DNA of 62,813 nucleotides, counting the filler, from Choristocarpus tenellus KU-1152 (Eukaryota; Protista; Phaeophyceae): assembly GCA_964200185.2 (NCBI GenBank). It is 11 parts of 11 records of this genome, joined end to end, with 100 filler letters (N's around TTAATTAATTAA, not from the genome) between each part and the next. Parts side by side here need not be neighbours in the genome. Positions count along the whole stretch, not along the records: positions 40,581 to 50,233 come from CAXNAD020003502.1; positions 50,334 to 57,359 come from CAXNAD020006829.1; 9 more parts are not named here. One strand, written 5' to 3'. The position numbers and the translations under genes are program-made. Below are positions 44,088 to 57,200 of this stretch, piece by piece (position 1 is the stretch's first letter; the number at the start of each line of letters is the position of its first letter). Under the pieces are notes generated by a model. That model was not told the DNA's origin. It was given only the letters and a program-made list of their open reading frames with translations, and ran no database searches.

Positions 44088-46838
44088 GTCTGCTTTGTCT
44101 CCTTGTTATGTTGTAAAATGCAATAAATTACTTACTCTTTTTCTTTATCCTCCTCTTGCACCCCTTGTCTTATTATTTTATGTAGTCCAAAGATAGAGTA
44201 TTGGTTGTAAATGATCGTGTAGAGCTCTACTTTTGAGTTACTCACTTGAACGCACAGACCTTAAATGTGTTGAGTCTTAAGTCTACACCATCACAACAAA
44301 CGTAAGAGTGATAACACGCTCTTTTGTGAGGTTCATTAGAATCACTCGTCCATCCTAAGATTTTATACCCAGGGTACCTTTGTGGTAAGTGCACAGCCCT
44401 CACCTTAGGTCGACCTCTCTGCACTAGTATGCTCCTTAGTAGTTCACAAATCCTTGCTTGGTCATCTCTGTGCACCTGGTTGTCCATCTTCTCAACCATA
44501 GGATGCCTCTGTCACAGAGCTGGAGTTTGAAAGTGCATTTGAGGAGCAGTACTCTGTTTTCCGCCTCCTGTGCAAGGGCATTGCTGCCCTGGATCAGGAA
44601 CTAGCGCACAGCACCATCCCTGAGAGGGATGCCCCCTGTTGCCACAGATCCGAGAAAGAGATGAGAGAGTCTGAGCACTCTGTTCTTCGACATGGGCATA
44701 CAGTAGTGGTGGCAGCAGCTGAGAGGTACCTACTTGAAAGTCGAGGGGCACAGCTGGCTGATTTGCTGACGTCTAAGGAATGCTCAAAGTTGGTGAGGGT
44801 TGACAAAGGGAGGGCGTTTTGTGGTGGAGGATGTTGATTAAAAAAACCACAGCAAGGGTGAACATACAAATTCCGTTTTCTATTAGAGCTGGGGAAGTAC
44901 AGTGGCACAGGGTGGATCTATTCTGGCCTAAGGAGGAAGATGAATCAAGCATTGGGAAGAGTACTGCCATGAAGACATGGTGCATCAGCTTTTTTCATTT
45001 CTGATCCCCTCTTACACCCTCATTTTTACAGATGGTGTTACGTGAATGTTTGCTGATGATAAATAAGGGGACTTTCAAAGCATAGAGTAATTACTGTTTT
45101 TTTAAAAGAAAATCTTTGAGTCCCGGATCCCTTCCCCCTCCCTCACAAACCCAGGGACAGTTGTTTTTAGTTGGATATACTTTGTGTCTTGATCCTTGTG
45201 CAAAAGTTTATGTGCCCCTGATGTCACAGGGTTGATGCTATATTTGCCTCTAAAATGCACTGTCATGAATGTTCGGTAACTTTTTTGTATTTCTCTTGCA
45301 AATTTCTCATCACATAACAGGGCATCAGGTACGCCTCCCAAGATGCCACGGCAGGGAATGGAGCAGAGCGCATGCCCTGCATTTCCCAGGTTAGCAGCCA
45401 ATCTACGAACACCTTATCATCGTACTGCCTACTCTTGTTGTTATTGCATGTGTTCAATGCCTCAAGTACTTTTACTTTGATGTATCTTGGAGTACAAGGG
45501 TATCTGCAGTCGCTATGAGTTATTGCAAGTGCAAAGGATGGGTCCATTGTGTGACCCTTATACTACTGTACAACACACACACTCACTTTTTTTGTCTACA
45601 CTGTGGGATGAGGTGGGCTCTCATATCCCACTCCTGTTGAAAAGGGTAGGTTATCTTGGTATGTCTAAGTAATTCCTTGGCCTCATGTTGATAGCTCTAC
45701 TGTGTTTATGGTGATTTGTTTGACCAACCCGTTACACCCAATGACTACTGTTTGCCCACACCCACTCATCCTCAGGAAGCGTGCCGTGCCCTTGCTACCA
45801 TCCTTCCCCATGATGTGGGACACCCATTGGCGGAAATGTGGTCGCTGATAATGGGGGGTGCGCGAATATCTGTCTTTAGTGACCACCTAGAAAACAAGGT
45901 TAGTTTTTTTCAGGATATTCTTTGAGGTACCAAACAACCATCACAATGGTCTTCACCCCACAGTTGCTCCAGCATGTTATCTCATAGCATGTTATTTCAT
46001 CTACAATGAGAAAAGGGAATGGGAAACGGTCCTCATTGAACAGATGTTTTGAATGAACCCACCAACCCCATTGTTCCAAAGGATCATATTGCCTGAGGTT
46101 GTCCATGGCTCATTTGTTATGACGTGGACTGGTATCATTACCTAGCCCATTAGTTCACCGCCTTAGGATTAGCAGAAGGATACCATACCATACCTCTTGT
46201 CTTGCATCTGCCTTGCATTGTCTAACCTGGTACCAACAGGAAATCCTTCCTGCTACTACCTTCTCACACACTGGTCCAATCTTCTCGACCGTGGTTAAGT
46301 TGTGAACTATGGAGTTTGTGTTTTCTGTTCTTTTTTTCAGGGTTGGGGGACAAGCAGGGGGGTTTGACAGGTGTAGGTATACTCTTCTTGTAAACTCTTA
46401 CGGTGGTGTGTGTGGGAAGAAACAGTTGTAAATTTAATGGGGCTCAATCCCTGGACTTAACAGGATTGTTACATCCTTTCATCCTGTCATTGATTGGTGC
46501 TTAGTTTATCCTGACTGTTGTAAAGAACATATTTGTAATCTTTTTTGGACTGCCTCGAGCTGTTGTGGGCTTTATTTCTTGTGTACTGGGTTGCAGGGGG
46601 AATCGGTGGTTAAAAATCAAAACATGTCCTCGTAGGCTGGAAGAATAATATTTTTTTCAGGGGCACAATAAAAAATGGCAAATATGGTGAAGATTTGTAA
46701 AACAAAGTAAAAGAAGAAACCCGGACACAGCAAGGAAAGTTCCAGCAATTGGGTTTACCTACCTACATCAGCACCAGCCAATATTGATGTCTAATTCCCA
46801 GATAAGAAACAGACCCAAGGTGCAATTGAGCCTTCACT

Positions 46839-47096
46839 GAGCGAAAGTATCTTAGAGGGTACGAGTTTTGCCCTGCTTGTCCATTTGGGGCTTGACTTCC
46901 CTTGGGGTTTATACAACTTTCACCTACTCCAAAATATTTTTGAGTAGGTAAAATGTGTACGCTATGAAAAGGTGTGTCCAGAACATGGATATTGACACTC
47001 CCTAACAAACACGATAGCCAAAATTACATCATAATCGTAACATTGGATTTTGGCCCCCAAATGGATGCTGCTCTACTGTCTAAGATACTTTGGCTC
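46839..47096 (+). mobile_element. MITE family A (258 bp)
   Basis: Full copy; flanks CACT / ACTC (3-bp ACT duplication, or a 4-bp TSD with one base lost). Confidence 0.9.
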
Positions 47097-50023
47097 ACTC
47101 TCTCAAGTTTAAGTCGGAAGGATAACAAAGGAGAAAAGGAAAGCATGTAAGATAATCACAACAACATGCTACAGCAGGTGCCAATACCATACCAAGGAGG
47201 TGTGACCATATATTTTGTGTATTGCCAGTCATGCACGAAGTTCTGGATTCCCATCACCACTTGCACAAATTCGTCTGATCCTGGACCACTTCTCATGGTG
47301 TTTATGCTTTTATCAGCCCTGAATAGAATTAGAGTATTGCTTACTGAGGCACACTACAGAAAAGCAGATAATGCCACCAATTCTTTGACCCTCTGCCCCT
47401 CTTGTGCTCTATTTTATGGTGTCAGGTCCTTCCAGGGTGTAACATGATGAGCTGGCGATTGGATAAGAAGAGAGAGAGATCCTTGGTGCTTGGGGTGCAG
47501 AGGGATCTGGTACAGCTACTCTCTGAGAGTGATTCAGGTTGGCCAGGGTGTGTTACAAATGACATGGAAACAGGGGGGGGCATGAGTTTTTTTTTTTCTC
47601 TGCTTGTTGGTATTACGTAATTGAGGCTCTTGACCTTTGGGGCAAGGTGACATTATACCTCCAGAGTTCTGTGGGAATCTTCATGCGATTTTCATGGTGT
47701 CCTCATATGAACCTGTGACTGGGAGCGGTAATGGACTCCTTCAGTGTAATAGCCCAGGGAAACCCCAAATTTTATTAGTGCACTACCAAATAATGCAGAC
47801 TTATTATGGAGCTGGAGGTTCTTAAGGGCTCAACCCCTCATTGCCGCCTCCCCCCAGGTATTGAAGTCTTCAACCTGACCCTTGCCCTGCTATTTCTTCG
47901 ACTCAGAGGGGCTGTCCTCCTCCCACCGAGGGCTAGCCCCTCTCCGGGCCTGGGGGCGGAAGGAGAGGTTTCCACAGGAGCGCCCAGTGATAGTGTTGAT
48001 CTCTCCTGGTCATTTTTGTTGTTAGAGGCTCTTAGAAGTCAGGTGGAACCCCGCATGATGGAAGCACTTTGCTCACTTCATGAACAAGTGGGGGGGTGGT
48101 GTGAGGTGAGTCCGTGACCTTCATCAGTCAGTGCATATCCTTCAGGGTGAAGGTGGAGTTCCTTTTGTTTAACACTCTGAGAAATACTCATACATAGATG
48201 TTTTCTTCTTTTGTACTGAAAGTATTCAGGACATGTTGGTTGTTCTACCCAGGTCTGAATCGAAATCCACTCTAGATCGACTTGCCACAAGGGCTTCAAA
48301 TCTTGCACGATTCTATTATTCTTCCTCTGTATCCTTCTTTGTCGCATAAGTCTATAGGGTGTGTGCTACCTTGAAGACATTTGAGTGAACCTGATAACTT
48401 CACAAAAGCGAACATGCTAATGCCAGTCATTTAAGGGTCTTGGTATTTGCCAAGTCTCTCCTTCTTAGTATGTGGGAAACATGATTTTCCTGCAGTATGG
48501 CCCACCTGACTGAGCCAACACCGACAGTACCCTGATACGGCGGTTGGTGACTTTTGCTGACTTCTAAAAACTCGTAGTGCTGCTCACTATTACCAGGTGG
48601 TGCATGATGCTGAATCAGACTGCAGTGGAGGTGGTGAGAACAAGAGCAAGAGGACGAGGCAACAGTTGCGACAAAGTGGGGTGGATGTAGAACTTCTGGT
48701 GAAGGCAACAGAAGCTGTGAGGGCCATTGGCATCAGTTTGGCGTTATGAGATGGTCGCTCAGTGTTTGGGAGCTTTGTTCCTGATTAACAAAGCTTAGTG
48801 AAGTACAAAGTTAAATGCAAGAATATGTTCAAAGTATGTTACACCGCAGTACAGTATATTTCTTTGAACTACAGTGTCCTACTTCGTATTATGTTTCAAA
48901 GTACAAATAAGTTCCCCACATGTAGGTCGTTTGCACACAGAAGGTGCAGTTATTATCATCCACACTTTTTTTGTGAAATGATAAGAAAATGAGAAGCGAT
49001 ACATTTCTGTGTTCTGAAGGTCCAGCCCCTTGACGAACCGTCCATAGTGTCGTTGACTCAGACACTTGACTCTCATATCCACCAGAAAAAAAATCTCTCT
49101 CCGACTTATCTCTTGTAACTATTAATAAAGAATCATGAAAACGGTTCTATTTTGAATTTTCAACTATGCATTGAGTTGTAGGAATATATCTGAACTCAAG
49201 ACCACAGAAATCGCCAAAATGGAATTGTGAGGAGATTTTATTGTAATTATTTACTTCTGTTCCTATCTCTCCGTTTCCGATTTAGGAGGTATTTTCCAAT
49301 ATCTCATTTGTAAGATAATTACTTCTTGGATGCCTACAAGGAAAGGAAAAAGAGTCTAGCACAAACACTTTTATGTCAGGTTATTTTCTCATTTCCCTTC
49401 AACAACCCAGTTACAATCCCCCCTTCTTCCCCCCTTTCTGCAGCTTCCTCTCCTTCTCCCCACCCCTGCAGTCTCCTTGTCACCTTCTGCCATCTTCTTG
49501 GATTCCTTCTCCCGCTGTGAACCCTGGTAAAATATGAAGTAGGCACATATACACATCACACTACATCTATGTACTTCGGTAACCTGAACCAACTCTGAGG
49601 CAGCTTGAAACAGAATATAGATGTACTTACATGCAACATTGTTCCCAAACTGAAGCAATGACCAAGATCAAAAGTTCTCAGCTTATTTTGGACGAATAGG
49701 ACATAGCTGTGGGTATCTGTCTTAGGTTCTTCCAGAGATACACGAGATATGTGAGCGAGATACCAGCTCTATCGTAGGAGAAAATCATCCCTCTGTTCAA
49801 GAATGCCTGCTGTAGCTATGTCCACAACTATCTCTCATCAAAATCAATAATCCTGACTATTGGCAATTATGCCAACTTAAACAGTCAGACAATTAAGGAT
49901 CTTCGAACATTCATAGACTTTTTTGCATCTATAATATATACATTATAGTTAAGATAAACACCCAGCAATGACTCCTTTTGTGCCAGGTACCGTTCAAATG
50001 TGCAAAAGAGCCAGAGTAAACAA

Positions 50024-50233
50024 CAGGTACCCAGATTTTGGTCATTTTACACTTTAACTCTGTTTTTGAAGCTTTTGCAATTCACCTATATCTATGGATG
50101 AAGTGCTAAGTTTGAGTTGAGAGTGTTGATTTCTCTACTGCTTGAAACGTTTGGACACAATTTAGAATACCCTCCCTGCATTTATAAAATATACCGAATT
50201 TTAACCCAAAGTATCTGGAGGGGGGGGGGGGGG
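50024..50233. mobile_element. MITE family E partial copy followed by a family B terminus at the gap
   Basis: Reverse-complement homology to 43900-44087, then CCCAAAGTATCTGG-polyG. Confidence 0.65.
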
Positions 50234-50335
50234 NNNNNNNNNNNNNNNNNNNNNNNNNNNNNNNNNNNNNNNNNNNNTTAATTAATTAANNNNNNNNNNN
50301 NNNNNNNNNNNNNNNNNNNNNNNNNNNNNNNNNGG

Positions 50336-50970
50336 GCTTTGGTGCGTATAGCACAGTGCCCTGGTGGTGGGTGCAACGAGAGCAACAGTAAGTGCATGGT
50401 AGGCCTCTTCGGCCATCCAGATATCATTCGCACCGAAGCCGTCCGAGAGAAGTTCCTCGTAGGAGCGTTCTAGATTGACTGATCTTTCACTTGTCAACGC
50501 ATCAAACAGTGAGTATATCAGCAATGCATGACGAAACGCCTCCGCCAGTCCCGGTAGTCCGAGTCGTCCAATAGCTTCGGTGGTTGGGTTCTCGATCTCT
50601 TTGTGGTAGGGCGAACAATATGTGCGCCTGTCCCCAAGCTCTCTGAAGAACCGGACCTCCGGCTTGCTCCACTTCTGATGCTCCCAGCATCCAAACTGTT
50701 TCCCCTCTCTGGGAATTTTTTCCTCAACATGGGTTCCATAGGACCCACTTCGACTGGTACGCCCCCAGCCGGAGGCCGTGTGCGGGGCACAGCAGCCTTG
50801 ACGACGGGATGATCTCCGTAGCTGACTCTTTCAGACTGAACCATGAGATTGCCAACGTTTCTTGACAACTCCGCTACCGATGCCATAAGTTGTCTGAATT
50901 CTTGGACATATGGGCCCTCGGAAGGAACAGGTTCCCGCAATTCTTGAATCGCATCTCCTCGTGTAGACAC
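50336..50970 (-). pseudogene. LTR retrotransposon (copia-type) gag N-terminus, frameshifted
   Basis: 150-aa ORF ending PPKLLDDSDYRDWRRRFVMH, then shifted LFDALTSERSV...AEEAYHALTVALVAPTTRALCYTHQS; typical copia gag pattern. Confidence 0.65.
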
Positions 50971-51007
50971 GATGAAATGATGGGTGAAAACCTAAGGTTC
51001 AATATAT

Positions 51008-52110
51008 GTAAGCCTTTGCACGAATCGTGCCGACTTCTATTGCTCGCCTTGTCTCTGGGTAGAGCAAGCGGGGATCAAAGCACAGGCTGGGGAACGGAAG
51101 TGACTGGTCGAACGGGTATTGATGCCTTGCTTTTTGTGAACGAACGAGGTACTGTATTTGCTGGGAACGGCAGAAGGTTCGATATTTAAGGCTGTACAGA
51201 CAGTGGGTGAGGAGTCCTGGGTTAAAACAGGTTGAAGCATCGGTGCAAGGGCTGCCAGTACACAGTTGACAACCTCTCTGTATACAAGTGAAGTTTGCCT
51301 TGATACCTATTCATGCACGGAAGTCCTGTTGTGGCGATACAGTCCCTGTTTCTGCCTGACGATCGGGTTTTCGACTGAGGCAGTTCAAGGGTGTGACATG
51401 CGAGCAAACAAGCGTATCTACCATTTACTGAAATCAATATTAAGTCTCCTCCTTCTACAATGCAGGTTTTGCAGCATATTGATTGGCTGGGATAAATCGG
51501 TCGCTTCGGTCGGATAACTCTTTTATGAGATCATCCATAATCCGTTATGGTTTCATTCGACGGTTTACTATCTCCTTCCCCAAAGGATTATTCTACGAAA
51601 ATCTTAGTGGGTGAATTTGGCTTCTAATCTGTAAAGAAAAAATACAATTTAATATATTAGAGAACAAAGGATAATTTGATATGGGTAGGAGAGTTGTGCT
51701 CTTTCGTACAAAAATCGCAGCATGAAAAAATTGGCCCCAAATGGACAGCCGCCACCCCCCCCAGATACTTTGAGCCGATCTTCGCCTATATATATCCCCC
51801 GCCAAACGAGCTTTACATATATGAGGCACCCACAAGTCTACGGTATACGCTCGATAGTTGAAAACTAGGCTATGGCTGCAGCCTTCCGCGTCACACCTTT
51901 CTCTTTGAAAAAATAATAACACATGGCAACCTTTACCATGATTTTCGGCTGGCCATCCAAAAAGGGGTGTATTCTCTCACCGAAATATGAACTACTCAGT
52001 TGCCGTAATGTCGTCTCAACGAACCTGTAAGATCTGTCCTTCGATGCGTGTGACATCGATTGTAGACGAAGCCCCCAAAAGGACCGCTCTGTGTCCTAAG
52101 AAAGTCAGAC
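51008..52110. repeat. Dispersed ~1.1-kb repeat, copy 1
   Basis: Colinear homology with 61680-62726; contains a family B terminus at about 51712-51776 that is absent from copy 2. Confidence 0.9.
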
Positions 52111-53239
52111 AAGAGTTTTCGACAAGCTCGATATGGAAAGGGATGAAGTTATTGATGCGTGGATGTGATGCATAAACACGTTGAGCCGTCACGACTGTTG
52201 CAAGAGTTCTCGCAAGTCTGGCCTTGGGCAGGAACAACTCCGCATCACTGGTTTCCAGCAGAACCTGTGAAGTAAAAGAACCGTGTGATACACGAAAAAC
52301 AGATCGGGAATGTGAGTGTATGAATGGCAAGGAAGAACTACCTAGGCAATGTCTATACCATGGCGGTCAAAAACCACTCATTTTATGACTATAGGCGAGT
52401 GATGCGACGATCAGAGGCCACTCCTTTTGCGGCGAGAGAAGGATGATTCCCTCAGAACCACAGAAGCCCTCAAACCCATGAAGACGCGAGCCCAAGGAGG
52501 GAATCCCGTAGACGACGAATAAAGACCACAAGCCCAAGCAAGAAAAGAAAAGAATCCAGGCGGGCTCAGGAAGCTACAGAGAATCCTAAGTGTTGAGGTG
52601 AACATTGCGTATTCCCTCCAGTTTGAAGAGAGGCGGTAGGACCTCCATGTTACAGGCACCCCTCAGAACTCACCTCCACAGGATATGCACCTCAAATCCA
52701 ACGACCTTAAAACGACACTACGAGGGGGGTCAGATGATAACCACGTACGGTGTCAGCTTGATGTTTAGCTCAGTCAATGTCTCGCTGTTCACTTTATCAA
52801 AAGAGGTACATCAAAAGAACTGAAAGGTGTGGTGAGCTTTCTGCCTTCTATTAACCTTCATCCACCATTTCTCTACAGCCAAAGAGTTAAATGAAGTCTG
52901 CAAACTGCTATGTAGATACTTCAATCATATATCTTTATTCTGAAACTTTCAAGAATTGACATCTATTCTGTAAGACTATGTTTGAAGTTCACATCTTAAT
53001 CTGCATCTCCTATCAAATTATCATTTATTCTGTAAGGCTACCCATGTGTTACTAATATCACATTTTGTTCGCACTTGCTAGGATGCGAGAAACAATGCTC
53101 ACACTATAAGTCAGTCACAAATGTTCGTGTTTGCTAAAGCATGGGAAGATATGCTCGCACTATTCGCGTGTAACAAATGCTCGCACTTCATTGGAACACA
53201 AGAAGAAATGCTCGCACTATTCGCCTTTACCAGCTAGGT

Positions 53240-54200
53240 CAGTGGGGAGAACAGCTGCAATGATCCTACAAAAGCAGTATTCTGGCGGTGAGTCGTGCAG
53301 GACAGACTGGACCACTTGTGCTGGTTGGCGTTTGAGCCTGGACCTGCTGGTGTGTATTCAACCAAGTGCAAAGAGCTACTTACCTTCACGCTTTCCCCAA
53401 AACAAGGCCGTTGCCTTGGTTGAGTTTTACACCCCCATAATTTTCTCAAGAGTCCATAGAGAGGAGGTGTTGTCAGCCGGCTGCATGACGGAAATTTGCT
53501 GGTTATGGTGAGATGACCCTTGCCATAACCTAGACAGGGAGAGAGGGACCAGTCATTGAGGACGCCACTTGTTATACTCCATCTCACTGAGGTGTGGCTA
53601 GATTCTGTGACACAGATCTCTCCAGTACTCCTACCATTTGAGCTTCGATAAAGGCATACGTGCCCATAGGATCACCTAGGACCATAAAGCCAATGTCGTC
53701 TGGGGCAAGGTTGATACCTGCTGTGGTTAGGAGGTCTACCTTTGATTATGAGGGCTGATGACCCTGAGAGGGAGACGCATATGCCTTCGCCATGTTGAAG
53801 AGGAATTGTACCTTCTGCAGATCGGTGTTGAGTTGATGGAATTGCTGCCAAACCGATCCTGCGGACGGAAAGGGGAGTGCCATACAGATAACTTCAAGAC
53901 GAGATCCCCTGAGGGTTAGAAGTTTCTTGGAGGTTCTTCCGAGTGTTGGAGGTGGAGAGACAGAACAGAAGGGGACCTGGTGGGTCACCTTGTTATACTC
54001 CCTGCCCAGAGTGTAAGGTTATAGCCCCTCCTTTGTTTCGGGGGACGTAGCTCTGGCGAGCCACCTAAACTTTGCTTCACAGGGTAGGACCCCTGGAAGG
54101 ACATCTAGAAGGGCTTTTGACTAGGGCATGCAATGTACACTGTTGGAGGTGATTAGGGCCTGGGACTGAGTTGCTAATCGCTTGTATGAAGGTCATGGGT
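53240..54200 (-). pseudogene. Non-LTR retrotransposon reverse transcriptase remnant (CRE-like)
   Basis: ITLHSGQGV*QGDPPGPLLFCLS (about 54020-53955), GFMVLGDPMGTYAFIEAQ (about 53690-53638) and downstream AFVGSL; degraded. Confidence 0.75.
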
Positions 54201-54511
54201 AGGGAGGTAGAGGTGTATTTCTCCCATGGAGAATAGAACTGTTGTTCCTTGGACCCTTCCTCTGCTGCAAACGCTCTCTTTGGTCACCATAATCACCTGC
54301 ATGAGAAAAGCACATGAAAGGTGACTTCATTTCCTGGAACGTGGAGTTGAGCGAGGAAGAAACCTACTGCCTTGGAGATGTACCGGTGGTGGCGACCGAG
54401 TGTAGCCGCCTGTTACTTGGGTGGAGATGTAGTCGTCTTCTTGGGTTCTTCACATTGGTTTGGGGTTCGTTGTCGAGAATACGTTCGCTGAATGGTAGTG
54501 CCAAGTGTGTC

Positions 54512-54585
54512 GGAGATGTGACTCAGTCGGTTAGCACATAGGTCTCATAAGCCTAAGGTCGAGAGTTCGGGCCTCTCCATCTCCG
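54512..54585 (+). tRNA. trnM: tRNA-Met(CAT), elongator type, probably a pseudogene
   Basis: Acceptor GGAGATG/CATCTCC, anticodon arm TAGGT-CTCATAA-GCCTA, T arm GAGAG-TTCGGGC-CTCTC. D stem is mismatched (ACTC/GCAC) and A58 is replaced by G. Confidence 0.8.
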
Positions 54586-56149
54586 ACCTGGATTGGCCCT
54601 CCTCGTGACTTGCAAAATAGGTTAATGATCTAACTCTTCGGTGTTTCCTCAATTAATTTCACTGTTTCAAATCCCATCAACGCCTGACTTCATGGAATAT
54701 CGAAATCTGGTTTCGATTGTCCAGTTCCACACGGCAAGCACAGCAGATTGTACAACCTGTGCTGTTTTATATTAATATCCTGTCTCTTAAGTACACAAAA
54801 AAAGTTGGACCGAGATCGAGGAGGCAACATCGAGGTGGGTAAGGTACAAGATTCGAGGGAACTGGCGGCGCTACGAACAGTGGGATTGTTAAACCTAACG
54901 CGCAAGAAGCAAGTCACAGACGAGGATGGTAAAATTAGCCGTAATGTGCTGCAATAGCTCATCAAGCTTACCATGAGAGGATAGGTAGCTCCAATCCACA
55001 AGGCTAGATGTGGATGATAAAGGAAGTGTCGTTGAATATGTTGTATCTATCACCTCGATTATTCACCTTACTGCTTTGATAGACGTATATAAGCGTGACA
55101 AAATGTATACCCTGATGTCTAAATAATAAACATATAATGAAGTGTAAATAGTAGAACTAGGACTTCAGGGCCATATTGGCGTTTATGAAATCACCATCAA
55201 GATACATCACCTGTGATAAATGCTGCAAGAATTGAAGTATGCAATGCTAGCTTTTCCTAAGGTGGTTTGGAGCCTTCAGCACCATTCAGAACAACCGTGA
55301 CATACTGTGTACAATTGGAAAAAAACAAACTACAAAAGCATGACGATGTGAACACAAGCTATTTGTTGTCAAGGTAAATTATCTCGGTTCATGCTGTTCC
55401 TACTCTTACTCCTACTGATACTTGATAGATGTAGTGACTCCGACTTGGGGTGTCCGCTGTGGCTCGATAGGGTCGAAATGCCTATTGTTATTTCCACCTT
55501 TCCTGATATGCTAACTCCTTGCAAATCAATGGCAGAATGCCTTGCCTACAGCGACTTTCATTGTTATTACGCATTCAATTAGACTGTTCTTCGCTGATAC
55601 GGCTTCCTCCTTTGACTGTTAAGTCGCATGCATGCCCCAAGTTCAAGATGTTTATTATCTTGCATTATTTGATCCATCTAGCCTTTGGTGCTAAACTGGA
55701 TCCACAGCACTTCCTTCAAGTGGAACTCCAACCGAGGTTGAAATTGGAAGTGAGCATATGTGATTTCCTCTTGTCCACCTATAAACGTCTAGAACACCCT
55801 TGTACTACTACAGGTGTCTAGAAGCATTCCCAGATCCTGTATCCTTGTAGTTTCGAACTCTAGAAAAAATAAAACATTGTATGGAGATCCAGAAACATTC
55901 CATTCTGGAATCATACGAAATCTTGTTTTGTTCTACCACATGTATTGTACTGCAATACACTCCACAGTAAGTTTGTACCACCTCTCGACACCAACACCCC
56001 CACTTGCTCTACAAGTGCTTACTCTCCAAATCCTCAAGATATTTCTTTGTTATTCCAAAGAACAACTTAACAATGCCCAAACATACTCACTGATCCTTGG
56101 TTGACCAAATCTTTCCCACGGGTTTTAGTTTTGTCCAAGTCAGATAACC

Positions 56150-57200
56150 ATTCATAGTGCTTCTACTGAGAAAACAAAAGGCTTTCTTGGTTCAAAATTC
56201 AGCATCACGACAATATGTCGTTCAAATGATTTCAAGTCCAGCATATATTACCCCCAGGTCCATAGTCCTCAGTAGGTATTGTAGTATTTTCATAACAGCC
56301 TTTCAGTGCATCTCCCCGAGATTGTTGCAAATTTTCGCCACTGTGTGAACCAGACATATGACATCTGGGGGTGCCATACGCCAACATGAGAGTCCTCAAT
56401 ATGGCAGCTCGTGTACTCTACGCAGATTCTCCACCACAGTGGTGCCCCTTTTTATACCGCCCTCTCTGATAAAGGGGCAGAGTGCGGTAACACCATTAGT
56501 ACCATCACCACATGCAGATGTCCTCTTTTTTGTGTGCACATATGATGGATGGTTGACTCCCAGTGAAATGGCCGATGGGTTGCCGAAGAGCAAGAGGAAT
56601 AGACATTGGTGCTTGCCGTTCCTTGAATCATATGCCATAGCCATCGCTTCTGTCCAAAATCTATCACCTTTACCTTGAGTCAGATCTCGTAGCATATCCG
56701 CTGTCTTCTCTTTGATAGACCTTAGCTCTCTCCACCACCCCATTGTATTAGGTTGTCCTTGGGGGAGTACGCTAAATGTGTGATGGCAAGCTCGTTCAGT
56801 GTCTGTTGGAAGCGTCCCTCAAACTCTCCTCCCTCATCAGTGAAAATAACTTGATCTTCAAGTCTGATGACGTCACAAAGTTTGCGATGAAGCTCTTGAA
56901 TGCATACATATGTATCATTTTTCTTGTGGACGACCCAGCTCATCCAGATGCAGTCGTCAACGGAGTCCATTGCGTAGTTTCGCTCCAAGACTAGGTACCC
57001 TCATCAATCCAATGAAACCTACTAATACGCAAGCCAACGTTCTTGTTCTTCGGGTCTTGGTCGATTTCGGTACTACATCGAAGTGTGCTTTATTTTGGAG
57101 ACACCCCTCGCAAGTGACACCAGTTGGCTTAGCTACTTCCCTGATGACCTGCTCAGGTGGATGTCCCAACAGCCTATGTATTACAATGATGTCTCATGCT
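56150..57200 (-). pseudogene. Ty1/copia integrase pseudogene
   Basis: HHCC finger IHRLLGHPPEQVIREVAK...CEGCLQNKAH; core G.MRVPSLG, YAM.SVDD, IFTDEGGEF, YNGVVER, and SIKEKTADML...FWTEAM across frameshifts. Confidence 0.9.

Noticed and set aside
44200-46300. ORF fragments resembling TE proteins
   Set aside because: Could not be assigned to any family by inspection.
47100-48700. Possible copia integrase-to-RT remnant on the minus strand
   Set aside because: Only faint hints (SYEDTMK, VKSL); no diagnostic motif recoverable.
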